Shown: in pieces, positions 11,931 to 24,825 of the stretch
Numbering within the stretch: position 1 is the stretch's first letter
Layout of the letters: every line of letters begins with the position of its first letter
Assembly (NCBI GenBank): GCA_963575745.1
Contig: CAUYUJ010000121.1
Location: 1-64,000, forward strand
From: Prorocentrum cordatum
Taxonomy: Eukaryota
Direction of reading: 5' to 3'
Length of the DNA: 64,000 nucleotides
Made by a program: the position numbers and the translations under genes
The notes under the pieces: model-generated
The model's input: only the letters and a program-made list of their open reading frames with translations
Told to the model about the DNA's origin: nothing
Databases searched by the model: none

Positions 11931-14869
11931 CTGAAGACAAGAGAAGCCGCCTGCCCAACATCGGCCTGTCGGTTTAGGACAACACTTGCTGTTGGGCATT
12001 GTACATCTTTTGAGCAGGACCGACCGTCCAGGCATTCCTATAGTCCCACCACGAAATGCTCTCAGAACTCACAAATGTTCCAAGAACGAAAACAATGTTC
12101 TTAGAACATAAACCCAGTGTGATAAAACAAGACAGTCCCAACCAGAAATGTTCAAAGAACATTTCGTGGGAACCACAAAAGGCTCTTAGAACATTGTTTG
12201 GTAGGACTATAGGCGAGCCAGGACGGTTCGCCACTGCTTGAACCTTTTGTCCGTATCCACTCCGGGCGTTTGAGATCGAGGCCGCACTTGTTCTGCAGCT
12301 TCGGCCTCCGGAGGCCGGCTCTGGAGCCCCCAGGCCGTCAGAGGCAACCCTCGGGACGAAGAGCTGGCCCCCTGGAGAAAGACGAGAGGTCCGTGGGCCT
12401 CTCGGAGCCTCGCAGGATCGTCTGGTCAGATACAGCGGCTGGGAGCGGCATGCTCTTTCCGCTTAGGGCGCCGTTTTTCTCTCGTCGCGCCTTCCAATCC
12501 GCGATCGGCCCGCGGCCCACCTGCTCGTTCTCTTCCCGCGATCGGCCCGTTGCTTGTACCATGCGCTTCGAGGTGTCGCGGTGCCGCCGGCCTGACGTCC
12601 ACTTGCCAGGGCGCCGATGTTTCGAAAACCGCTTGCTCGGCTCAACAGCGAAGCAAAAGCTCGGAGAACAAAAACGCTCCCAGCGGTCTTCAAGAGAAAC
12701 TGCGCCCGAGACTATGTTGCTCCCATCGTACTGAAGGACCACATCCCAGAAATAATTTCGAGCACCCGGAAAAGTTGCGAAAGAGTGTCGAAACAGTGTC
12801 GGGCGAGTGCCTCCCAGGGCCCGACACGTGAACACCCTCGAGTTTGGGTATTTTTTCTGGTGCTCGAAATTCTTTCTGGTGATCACGGCTAAAGTCGGAT
12901 GGAACATCATAACCCGAAGACACAGAACACTCGTCGGAGGGCCCGAGGGCTTCTGAGGCGGCCCGCCGCCTTCTGAGAAGGCCTTCCCCTCCTCCCTGCC
13001 GCCCCCTCGCGCGCCGCCGATGTTCAAGAGCAACTGCAGTCGGCCCGTATCATCAGGACGCGCGATCAGGATGCAAGGGCCTCGGACGCCCATCTCGAAG
13101 CTTCTCGAGCGGGGCGCGGCCAGCAAAAGTTGCCCAGGATTGGGCACCCTTGGGAAGGTCGCCCATCCTTACTGTGCGGGTCAACTGTACGCCCGAGGCT
13201 CGGAAAGATCTTTGGAAATCCGAAACGGTGAGGCGACAGACCGTGCGGTGACCTCGAAATCCCCCAAGACCTCACCGCACGGTCCGTCAACGCACGGCTT
13301 CGGGACCTCGGATGCCCCAATCGCCCGAGACGTCCTCGGAGCACGACCCGGGTCCCGAAACCGTGCGGGGATCCCGACTCCCTACCGACTCACCACGCGG
13401 CGCGGTCACCACCCCGTTTGGGGACCCTGGCCATCGCTCGGACGTCCATTCCCTGTGCCTTTTTCGGTTTCGTGCATGGTGTTTCCGTCAAATGATCAAG
13501 GATGCTCCTCGATGGTCCTCGGCGAAGGAAAAAAATCCACACGTCCGAACGATGCCAGGGACCCCGCGAAGATCGAGAAATCGTCGTCGGCCTGGGGCGC
13601 CGGGAGGGGGGCGCGGCGGGGCCGAGGCGCGCCCCACGGGCCGGCGGGGCTCAGGCCCTGCGGCGAGCAGAGGCGGGGCCCCGGCGCAGAGGCGCGCACG
13701 CAGGCTCGAGCGCCGCGGGCCGGGCCAGGCCTCCACCGGCGGCGACCGCGGGGGGGGGGTGAGAAGTGAGCAGGGACCGACCGTGCGGGCATGCCTATGG
13801 TCCTACCACGACATGTTCTTAACACCCCAACATGTTCTAAGAACAGAAGCACTGTTCGTAGAACGCAAGCCCGATGTGGTAAAGCAAAACAAACTCAACC
13901 AGACATGTTCTAAGAACATTTCTTCGAAACCAAAAAATGTTCTTAGACTATTGTTTGGTAGGCCTGTAGGCACGCCAGGACGCTTCGCCACTGCTTGAGA
14001 GAAGGGGCGGGCCTTCTGAGATAAGGGGCCTCCTAGATGGGGTCGGAGTAGATGCGGTCGGACGATCGCGCCGCATCGCCGACACATCGACGATGCATCG
14101 GCGATGCATCGGCGATGCACTGGCGGTGCATCGTCGACGCCGACGATGCAGTGGCAACGTCGACGTGAAGCGAATCGGGCTCTACATCGAGCCGCATCGC
14201 CGATGCATCGGCGATGCGGCTCGATCCTCCGACCCCATCTACTCGGACCCTATCTAGGGTGGCCTAGATGAGAAGGCTCGGAGCTCCCCGACCTTCCGAA
14301 AAGGTTTCTAAACTTCCCCGAGGGCACAGACAACTTCTCTGTAGGCCGGAAGGCTTCTGAGAAGCCCCTCCGCCTTCTGAGAAAGCCTCCTCTGTCTCAC
14401 TTCCACCCCCTCGCTCGCCGCCGAACTTGAGCGTCGCGGGCCGAGACGAGGTTCAAGCCGTTCGAAAGAGACCGCAGGCGCGGGCGCGCTGGCCATGTGA
14501 GGAAAGGGAAGCGAGATTGCCGGGCCCGCACGGGTCAGTGGCGAGGCAAGGCACCCATGCAATGCGGGACAGGCCCCGGCCGACCAGAAGCAGGACGGCA
14601 AGGGGCCCCACCCAGAACCGGTGTGCACACACACACGCCCACACGCCTTCACGGCAGGGGGCCGCTGTCGTTGATGCCCGAACGAGGCCTCCGTGGCAAC
14701 CAATGGGAGCCTCCCATGCCATCTTGCTGGCTCTTGCTGGCTCTCGGCAATCACGTTAGTCTACGCTACATTGGCGCTAAGTCTGCGCTCTCTCGTCGAC
14801 AACCAGGCGCTAGCGCACGCTAGTGCACTCTAGAAACGCTAGAAACGTACTTGCGAGTGCATGGGAGGC

Positions 14870-15500
14870 TGGTGCTGTTCGGCGGGCCCACAGAAAGGCC
14901 GATATGCAAAAACATAGAATCGACGAACCATGTACCAGAAACATGCGTTTTCAACTACAAGGCAAAACAGGACATGGCTATTCCAAGACACCTGTATTTC
15001 CAAGCACGAAATGCCTTCCACAGAACCATCCGGATACAAAGAATGCGTGCGCGTTTCGCCGTTCACGAACGTTTGGACTGGGTTCGTACACGCACCGGAC
15101 TGACCTGCAGTGATGGGCCTTTCCAATGGACACTGCAGTGGGTATTGCAGCACCGCTGCCCGAAAATGCGGGCAGAACCCGCTGTTCACTTTTTCTGGCA
15201 TCATGCACGTGTCCTGCACTGTACTGAACGAGCGAATGTCTGCGCCAAGTCTTGAACGACAGAACGCCGCTCGCACAGCGGAGCTCCTGCCAGGTTGTAC
15301 GCGCCGTGGGACGCACAAACTGCCTTTCAATCAGAACGATTGCCTCCAGAGCCCTCGCGGCTTGGATCTGGGAAGGGATCGCACTTGATGTCAGTTGCCC
15401 CAGGGGCAGGGCGGCGCGCGACAGGCCCAAGCAGGGCACACCGAAATGGCTTAGCGCACGCATGCTCAAGCGGTCCACTCTCGAGGCTTCCATCGCGGGG
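14870..15500 (-). pseudogene. Highly degenerate LINE RT remnant
   Basis: Lower GC. Across frames LSHFGVP, LGADIRSFS, ISCLEIQVSW, ACFW, RRFY...GPAE occur in RT-thumb order. Weak motif recall only. Confidence 0.4.
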
Positions 15501-18500
15501 CATGCGCGCGAATCCCACCAGCCCTTCAGGGCGTGAGTGGTTCAGAGGGATTCTTCTTCCAGACCCCCTTCGTTCCCTTCGGGGAGAGGTTGAGCACTGT
15601 TCCTTACTAAAGCACCCCCTCCCCCAGGCGACCGGGGGCCAACCAGGCACCATGCCGACACCATGAGGATACCCTGACGACCCGCCCCTCACCATCACTG
15701 TCAAAAATAATACAAAACTCACTCTGCCTCCAAATTTGGAGCATGCGCGGCCAACTTGATGCGGCCCCACCCCCCACCATCCGTCAACAAAAACAATGCA
15801 AAATATACACTTTGGGGCCAATTCTTGAGTCGTGTTCGTGAGGCCAGCGAGCACTTTGTATTGTTTTTGACAAGGACGGCGGGTGTGTCAGCATATTCCC
15901 TGCTGTGCGCAGGGCTACCATCCCTGACAAAGAAACAATACAAGATACACCTCGCGGCTAAATATGGATCATGCGCGGCCATTCCGCGATCACTGTCAAG
16001 TGGTTTTTGACAGGGACGGCGGGGGTGGTGGCGCATGGCCTGCTGTGCGCAGGCCCACCAGACACAATGATGGGCATGGGTTTTCGACCAAGATGGCGGG
16101 GGCCGACATCTCCCCCGATGTGCGCTATCACGTGCGCAGGCGCACCTGACGCACTCTGCACGTGCCCCGAACGCGGCGCATCTGGCGCGGCTGGAGTGTG
16201 CGGCACACCTGGCGCACGTGGCGCATCTGGCGCACCGGACGTACCTGGCACGCTCGGGCCCCAGGGGTGCCTGGCGCGCGTGGCGCCCCTGGCACGCGTG
16301 GCGCACCTCGCCCCAGCGTCGCGCACCTGGGATCGGCTTTGGTTCCCAGTAGCTGTCCATCTAAAGACGACCGCTGAACATGCTGAGGCTCGGGTGTTAC
16401 TTATGTGTAAGGAGGGCGGGTGGGAGTGAGCTAGACGGCTTACGGCGGGCGGGCGGGTAGCTTGACCCCTCCCCCTCCCCCCTCCCCCTGGGTTTGGAGG
16501 GGGCGTTTCGCGAAACGTCGGGGCGTCCAAGATGGCCTCGGCGAGGAAGCCAAAACCATTGATGTCACTGAGGTTGTGGCCACATGTTGGCCTCCTGATG
16601 GGGGCCAAATTATGGAGCTTCCCTGATTTGATCGATCTCCTCCAAGATGGCCCCAAGATGCTCCCCAAGGCTCCCAAGAGGGCCTCAAGAAGTGCCCAGG
16701 CGGCCCCAAGAGGCCCCCATGAGGCCCCAAGATGCGCCCAAGAGGCTCCAAAGAGACCCCCACTACGGCCCAAGAGCCCCCCCCCCAGAGGCACCCAAGA
16801 CGCCCCCAAAGGCCTCGGCGACAAGGCCAACACATGTTGGTCTCAGGGGGCCTGATTAAGGAGAACCCCTCCTTGGACCGATCTCCTTCAAGATGGCCCC
16901 AATATGCAAGGGTGCCCCAAGAGGGCCCCAAAATGTGCCCAGGAGGCCCGAAGAGGCCCCCAAGAAGCGCCCAAGATGCCCGAAGAGGCTCCCAAGAGAC
17001 CCTCAAGACGCCCCAAAAGGCCCCGCAGAGGCACCCAAGACGCCCCAAGAGGCCTCGGAGAAAAGCCCAACATCGTTGACTTCACATAGGGTTGGGCCAC
17101 GTGTTTGCCTCCTGGGGGGTGCCCAGCGAGCGAACGACATCTCTGCGGCAAAATCTCTGCCGACCGCATAGCAGCTATGGCCAACGCGCGCCGCCTTCGC
17201 TGGGACCCATTAATACAAAACACCCCGCAGTGAAAGCAACGTTTACAGATCACGCACTCGTGACATACGCTGAACAGCTAGTGCATGCTGTGCGCATACA
17301 GCGTCGCACGCATGGCACCGAGCACGGCGCACCTCACAGAACGCCGCGCACAAAATACCGCGCACATGGCACACAACCGCAAACACCTCATACACTACAG
17401 CGCGGCACACGGCACGCAGCAACATGCGCAGGAGAAGCGAAGGTCACCAACTGATCAACAGCGTAGCACATCCTTGCAACACCTTCTAACTGGCGGAGGC
17501 GATCGGCGAGCAAACAACCGCAAGATCCAAGATCCATGAGCAAGTGCATGGGGCATTGCAGACCCAGCAAAAAGACCGCACGAATTTCAACAATATGCCC
17601 ATGCTGGCTGCGTCGTGAATGAAGGCGGTATCTGACCTTTCTCGGCCCTGATGCAACGAACACTAGTAGATGCCGAGGGAGGCGCCCAGTATCGTGGACT
17701 CCTCGCATCTTGCACCTCCACCGGCGCGCTTTCATAACCGCGGGGAGCATGCAACAACAAGCGTCTAATCGTCGATGGCCCTCCGGCTGAGACAGAACGG
17801 CACAGACACACACGAAATCAGCCATGCATGCCCACTTCTTCCCACCAGAGCACTGCACGGTTATGGGGCTGGAGTGGGGCACAGTGGAGATGCAAGCGTG
17901 CTTCTGTAGTCGCCATACTGCTGGAACTCTCTCGCCATCCCCCCGTCACCCCGCCCACCGTCATGGATGCTTTGATCCGCCACCGTGACGCTGGGCACGG
18001 AGTGTGCCTGTCCTCAGGTCCTGTGCCAAATCTCCTGAGCCCCAGTCTTCAGTCCTGAGGAGTCAGTTCGGGACCCGGATCCAAATGTCCGAAATCTTGT
18101 GGCTTTGCCAAGTGGTGGCAAGTGACTTGCTCGGGCCCAAGGGGGCCCCAAGACGGGCCCAGAGGGCCCCAAGAAGCCTCGAAGACGGCCCAAGAGGGCC
18201 CCGAGTCGCCGAAAGGTCGGCCCAAGACGCCCAAGATGGCCCACAGATAGCACAAGAGGCCTCCAAGACGCCCCAAGAGGCCTCCAAGAGGCCCCCCAAG
18301 AGGGCCCCAAGATGCAAACATTGATTATTTCTCTAAGGCGTCTGAAGGATGTTGGCCTTCTCGCCTTGTCGGCTTTTCGACGCTCCAATACGGCCCAAGA
18401 GGCCCCAAAGACCACCCCAAAACGGACCATGAGGCCTACACGAGGGCCCCAAGACGGCCTCACAGCGTGCCAAGAACGCCCAAGAGGCGCCCAAGACGGC

Positions 18501-20599
18501 CCAAGAGGGCCCCGAGACGGCCACCTAAGGGGCCCAAGAGAGGGAAGACGAACCGAAAATCCGAGACTTCCGCCACAGGAGGCCCCCAGGAGACCCCAGA
18601 AGGCGCCTGGAAGGCCCCAGGAGGCCCCCAAGAGGCCCCAGGAGGCTCACCCAAGAGGCCCCAAGAGGCCCCCGAAGAGCCCCCAGGAGGCCTCCAAACT
18701 GCCTCCTAGAGGCCCCCGAGAGGCCTCCCACGGGATCCCAGCGAACATCCAATAGGCTTCATATCCACAACCCAGGCACGGTAGCAGGATGGGCGGAAGG
18801 CCACTTGATGAAATGTACCATCTCGCTTCCCATGGGTCCCGCTTCTCCTCCTCACAACGTCGGTTGACACTTGCGAGTTCACAGTGGGGGGCACCAGAAA
18901 CATGGCACGCTCCGCCACCCTCCTCTGGGACACCAGGCAGCGAAGTGGTTCTTGCAATGCTGCGCTGCTTGTGTCTCGTGGCGTCTTCCGGCCTGTCTCC
19001 CGTCGCTTGTCTCTCCTCCCCTGTCCCACTTCAAGTGTATACCATATGGCACACGCCGCCGAACATCACACCTGGACCGCCCCAAGTTTCCTGAACATCC
19101 CCATGCGCAGGGGCGCGACCAAGCGGCGATGGCCCCATGAAAATTTCAAGAGGACCCCAAGAGGCCAAACACCCCCATGTAAACGCGCGTATGTGCCAAC
19201 GAAGGAAACGCATCCTGAGTACACCGTGCCTGTATGGTGTTTCGATCTGCGGTGCAATGCTAAGTAGATGGCCGCATGCGCAAACAGGTACATATTATGG
19301 GAGGGGTGTCTCCCAGCTTCTCTCCTCCTCTCTCCCTCACTCCCACCCTCTTGTTCCTCCTTCTCCACTTTCTCCTCCTCAATACCCCTTCCTCTTGTCT
19401 CATCCCTCCACCCCTCCTCTTCCCGCTTATACTCCTACTCCGCCTCCTTCCTCCCCCCATCCCTCCTCCCTCATCCCCCCCTCCGCCCTCCCACCCAACT
19501 TTTCCCTCCTGCGCCTCTTCATCATGTTTTTGTTTCTCCTTCTCATCATCTCCTTCCCCTCCTCAACCTCCTTCCCTCCCCCTCTTTTCCTCCCTCCCGC
19601 TCGGTTCCTACCCCCTCCTCTGTATTATTCTTGTCCTCGTGGGCATTCCTGCCCTTTGCTTCTGCGGATATCCAGAGCATCCAGGAAATTTTCTGTGAGC
19701 ATCTGGGGCTCGCCCGAAGACGCCCGAACATCACACAGCCCGTCCGAAAACCCTCCTCCTCCTCCTCCTCCTCCTCCTCCTCCTCCTCCTCCTCCTCCTC
19801 CTCGTCCGCCCCACTGCCCCCAACCTACACAACCTGAAACGCACCACGTATCTCCACGACGTGCCCTACATAAGGGTTGGGGGCCAAAGCAACTCCGCAA
19901 CATCAAATACTTCGAACCTGACGGAGCCAGCCGCCACCATTTGGCCGATTCCGGAAACCCTGAACCAAAAGCTGTTATCATCTCTTGGGGGTCGACTTCT
20001 GCTTCCGCCGGCGGAGCCGCCCTCGCTTTACTTCCGCCGCCGTCCGTCGCCTTCCACTGCGGAAGAGATGGCCACTCCTTGCATGCTCGAAGGCAAGGCC
20101 CTTTTTGGAACGCTCCATTTGGTGCTCTCGCCCGAGCCCTCCCTCCTCGTCCATCTCCTCTGCCCAAGCGGGAGCCGGGGGCGTTCGAGCCTCACCCGAG
20201 ACGTTCAAAAACACGCCCCTTCCCTCCCCCGCGCCGTCCCTCCTCGTCCTCCTCCCAGCCTTCGCCCTCCCTCCCTGCCTCCAAGCCCTCCTCCTCCTTA
20301 TCGTCCTCCTTGTCGTCGTCAACGAGTGAGCACCGGCTGTTTCCAGTCGGACGGGGCTCTCGCCCCACCGCCGCGCGCACTCCTTTCTGCCCCTGATGCT
20401 TTAAAGCTACGTTTGGCAGGACGAGGAGCAGGCGGAGGTTGGGGAGGAGGGGGAGGAGCGAGGAGGAGGAGGGGGAGGAGAAGGAGGAGGAGGAGGAGGA
20501 GTGGGAGGAGGAGGAGGAGGAGGAGGTGGGGGAGGAGGTGGGGGAGGAGGAGAAACGTGCCCTTGGCAAAATGGATCTCCCTCATGACCCGATCATTGA

Positions 20600-21050
20600 A
20601 AACGAATTGAACCTACATGAATGTAGCCCTGCGCGGATCCAGGGCGGCTCTCTCCTTCGGCAGAGGGCTGCCGCCTGAAACTCCGCCGAAGCTCCATACC
20701 ACGAGAGCACATTTGCACAACAGCTGCGTGGATGGTGGGCGGTCCTTTTTCGGCAGTGGGATATTGCTGGACACCCCGCTGAACTATACAGTGGAGACCA
20801 GTCCACAAGAAACCTTTCACAAGAAACCCAACCTTGAGACCCCCAGGACGCCCACTGTTGTTTGGTGTAGAACGTCACGCTCTTCATAGCAAAACCATCG
20901 AAACCCAACAGAAACCCAGGGCACCCTGGAGGCAAGCAGGGTGTTTCTTTGCATGGGTCCCCACTGTATGACCAATGGCCTTCGCGTTCCTAATTTTGCG
21001 CCAGACACATCCAGGGCGATTTTTTTTCGAAGGGTTGCCCTCGCCACCGT
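20600..21050 (-). pseudogene. Possible degenerate RT fragment
   Basis: KLGTRRPLVI (domain 1-2-like) and AGCPAISH (AAFPSISH-like) in different frames. Confidence 0.25.
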
Positions 21051-21318
21051 GGCGGGCCCAAGTATGTTGGTCTTTCAGAGGGGGCGCCGCTTGTAGTTGA
21101 CAAGGAGAACCTTGTAGGGGCGTGCGACAAGGGGAGTCTGGACGGGAGGGTGCATTGCAGCATGACTGATACATCTTGGCCTGCTCTGGTCCTCCACCGC
21201 CTCCTCCTCCTCCTTTTCCTCATCCCTCCCTCCTGATCCGAGTCCGCGGCCCCGGCGCCAGACCCGTCTCAGGATGGAAGGCCCGCTGGGGCGAGGCGCA
21301 TCCGCCGGATGTCCCTGA

Positions 21319-21524
21319 GGGGCAACAATAGGGAGGGACTGGCATATGGGGGATGCATCGACCTGGAATCGGCGATACATCGCCGACAGATCGACCATAG
21401 GCCTCCGATAGTGAATCCGCACTTTCCTGGGCAGCTTGGGGCTATCGGAACCCTATCGGCAGTCAGTGGGCGATTGGGGGTCGATGCATCCCCCCCTATG
21501 CCTAGCCCCCCCTATCGTTGCCCC
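21319..21524. mobile_element. MITE with TGA on both sides (PIF/Harbinger Tourist-like); degenerate copy about 34735-34940
   Basis: TGA-GGGGCAACAATAGGG...CCCTATCGTTGCCCC-TGA. Confidence 0.65.
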
Positions 21525-21734
21525 TGAGTCCATGGCACCGCATGACCAGGAGGGTGCACCGGTCAGGAGGGCTGGCTGCGGCACCCCGGGGCGGGGGGGG
21601 GGGCGGCAGCGCCCCGGGGTACCCGCGGCAGGGCGCACCCCCCAAAGAAACAACCTGACGAGGAGGAGGGACGAGGGAAGAGAGAGCAGGAAGGGGGAGG
21701 AGACGGGCGAGGAGGAGACGGGCGCGCGGCGTCA

Positions 21735-22282
21735 GTGTGTGTGTGTGTCAGTGTGTGTGTGTGTGTGTGTGTCTGTGTGTGTTTGTGTGTGTGTGTGTTT
21801 GTGTTTGTGTTTGTGATTGTGTTTGTGTTTGTGTTTGTGTTTGTGTTGTGTTGTGTTGTGTTGTGTTGTGTTGTGTTGTGTTGTGTTGTGTTGTGCTGTG
21901 CTGTGTTGTGTTGTGTTGTGTTGTGTTGTGTTGTGTTGCGTTGTGTGTGTGCGCGCGTGTGCGTGCGTGCGTGCGTGCGGGTGTGGGTGTGGGTGTGGGT
22001 GTGGGTGTTGGTGTGGGTGTGGGTGTGGGTGTGGGTGTCGGTGTGGGTGTGGGCGTGGGCGTGGGTGTGAGTGTGGGTGTGGGCGTGGGCGTGGGCGTGG
22101 GCGTGTGTTTGTGTCTGTGTCTGTGCCTGTGCCTGTGCCTGTGTCTGTGTCTGTGTCTGTGTCCGTGTCCGTGTCTGTGTCTGTGTCTGTGTCTGTGTCC
22201 GTGTCTGTGTCTGTGTCTGTGTCTGTGCTAATGTCTGTGTCTCTGTGTCTCTGTGCGTGCGTGTGTGCGTGCGTGCGTGCGT
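21735..22282. repeat. Compound GT-based microsatellite: (GT), (GTGTTT), (GTGTT), (GTGTGG), (GTGTCT), (GCGT)
   Basis: Directly visible. Confidence 0.95.
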
Positions 22283-24529
22283 GAGCCACCATACCCCCCA
22301 CTTAGGCGCGCGCGCGCGCGCCCGCCCGAGGCAAGGAGTGGGGGGGAGGAAGAGGGGAAGAGAGGGGGACGGGCTGGGAGTGGGACAGAAACGAGCAGCG
22401 GCGCAGGAAGAGCAGCGAGCAGCGACTCCCTCCCTCCCTCCCTCCCTCACTCCCTTCCTCCCTCCTCCCGCGCCCTTGGGTGAGGGAGCCGCGCCGAGGG
22501 GGGGACGCTGCGCAAAGCTCGGCCAGGCCACGAGGGCACGGCCGCCGTCGCAGCCGTCGGCTGCTGCTGCCGCCATCGCTGCCGTCGCCGCAGTGCACCC
22601 GCTTGTCACCAAGGGTATCCCAGAGAGCCACCAAAGACACGCCAGAGGCCCAGGCCTAGCGCTCACGACGAACACATCATGAAGACATCATCACACATCA
22701 TCATCGTAAGCGACGAAAAGGAAAGGATCTCAATTACGCGAGAAGACATAGCGACCTTATGCTGTGGCATTCGCGGCCGCCAGCGTGGCACACCGCGTGG
22801 AGAGGAGGACACTTACGCGCGACCCGACGCGGGCAGTCTTCGCGCAAAAAATGTCCGAGAAGACGACCCCGGCTTCTCACCGCGTCGCTCAGGCGTCGGG
22901 GGACAGCAGTGGCTGAGCTTCGGAGATCGAGGAGAGGGCCGAGTGGAGAGGCCTCGAGCTGCGCACAGACAGCACCCTCGAGGTGGTCGCCGCTGGCGCC
23001 AACAGGCCCCCCCATGGGTGGCCCGGCCGCCTCCAGCGGCGCCCCGGGGGCGCTCCACGCCCCATATAGGGTTGGGGTGCTGAGACCGCCCCGGACGTTT
23101 TCGGGGGACTTGTCGAGGCCAGCCAGGGCTTTGTGGGCCCCGGAAACGGCAGGGCCGTTTTTGTTCACCGCTTCCGAACAAAGGCCCCTTGAAAATGGAA
23201 ACGGCACACAAACGGCGACTGGAAACGGCGAACAAAAGGGGCTCCAAGGTTGGACCCGGAGCCGGAACCGGGCAAAAAACGGCGACGGAACCGGAAAAAA
23301 AAAGGCGTCGGAAGCGGCAACAAAAACGGCAAAACGGAACCGGAAAAAAAACGGCCCTGTCGTTTCCAGGACCCACTAAGCCCGGGGGGCTATCTGTGCG
23401 CAGCCCGAAGCCTCACCAGGACTGAGGGTCAGGGATCGAGGAGGCTGAAAGATCGAGTAGCGCTGGGCCGAAGACATCAGAGGATCAAGGCTTCGATGGC
23501 TCCAGGCCGCCCACATGGAGTCCGATCAGAGGGGGGCGTCGGAGGGCAGCGCCGCATCGCCGATGCCAGAGACCTGAAAAGCCACCCCCTATAAGAAGCA
23601 CCCCGTCTAGCGAAGCCGTTTAGTAAACGCACCCAAGGCAAGGAATCGAACATGGCAGGACTGTTTAGTAAACGCCCAGGGCCGTTAGTCAACGCCAAAT
23701 AAGGGGGTCGGGGTGGTTTTCCACACCTCGAAATGGATCACCGATGCATCGGCGACGTTGGCGCAGAGCAATCAAGCTTCGAATCGAGCCACATAGCCGA
23801 TGTACTGACTATGCGGCGCGATCCTCCCACCCCATCTCGAAACCTCGATCCTTCGATCCTCAATCCCTCGATCGTCGATCTCTCGATCGTGGAAGCCTCG
23901 ATCCCTCGATTCTCGATCCTCACTCCTCCTCCATCTTCGAACCTTTACCACCGCTGTCCTTGACACCTGGGTGTCGAGAAACAATTACGACGGAAGCCTC
24001 GCCCCGTTCCTTGCCACGGGGCCGTCATGGGCCGGTCCGGCGTGAGAATTGGCGCACAAAGACGGGGTCGAGGGGTCCCGACGTGGTTCCTCGCGACCTT
24101 GTCTCGCTTCTCGACGCCGCAAATCTGGACCACTTTTGCCATCGCCACTACCCGAAGTCAGAACCAACCACAAGGATGGTATAAGGAGTGCAAGGATGGA
24201 AAGCGGCCAGAACTTGCGAAGGCAGGGGTACCGGTGGGACGCAACAAGCATGCCCAGAACGGAAGAATGCAAGGGGACCTTGTTTCAAAGACTTATCCTC
24301 GAGTTAGGTCGGGCATGTCCCCCTACAGGCGGCCTTTGCACGAAAAACAAGAATATTCAATAATATACAAAGAATACCCAAACATATTCAAACAACCATC
24401 CCCTGACTACTTTTTAACCCATCTTCGAATATTCCTCCTGTAGAGGGACGTGCCCGACTTAAGCTTATCCTTGAGGCCCATTTTGACTGCATAGACACCG
24501 TCGTCCTCGGCGGCGGAGCAGGCGGCCAC

Positions 24530-24622
24530 CTCGACCATCACGCACCTGGCGGGGGGCTCCAGGGGCTCGTAGTGGGCCGGCCGCCGGAGCGAGGCCTCCT
24601 TCTCCCTGAGGTTCTCCATCGC
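24530..24622 (-). CDS. Exon 10: AMENLREKEASLRRPAHYEPLEPPARCVMVE
   Basis: Acceptor ttcttctgttccag|G, donor GAG|GT, 93 nt, phase 0-0. Confidence 0.8.
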
Positions 24623-24629
24623 CTGGAAC

Positions 24630-24825
24630 AGAAGAAGAACACATCGCATCAACATAAATTATTGGCGCTCCGCGCAGATTTCCTGGGTCTGCGCTGGACC
24701 TCCTTCACTGGCGCGCGGAGCGCGCCAGGGGCGGCGCCGCAGGCGCCGCCAGGGGGCCCCGACGCGGATCCAAGAGATCCACGCGGAGCGCCGCAAGCTT
24801 ATGCTTATATGATTTGTTCTTCTTC
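24630..24825. mobile_element. Foldback element, family C; other copies 25560-25751, 43183-43335, 57577-57765, 63800-63980, partial 3229-3320, 6955-7110, 48075-48230
   Basis: CATAAACTTTTGGCGCTCCGCGCGGATTTCTTGGATCTGCGCTGG...CCAGCGCGGATCCAAGAAATCCGCGCGGAGCGCCAAAAGTTTATG; nearly the whole element is a hairpin. Confidence 0.85.

Noticed and set aside
17480..17880. Possible further RT remnant (also lower-GC patches at 42000-42900, 52500-52880, 62950-63280)
   Set aside because: Motif resemblance too weak to call without a profile search.
21270..21318. Minus-strand exon after gcccctcag|G
   Set aside because: The acceptor is formed at a MITE end, the needed frame hits a stop, and exon 10 joins exon 11 without it.
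24549..24622. Shorter exon 10 using the donor GCCAG|GTGCGT
   Set aside because: It ends in phase 2, while the next supported exon starts in phase 0; GAG|GT at 24530 keeps the frame.
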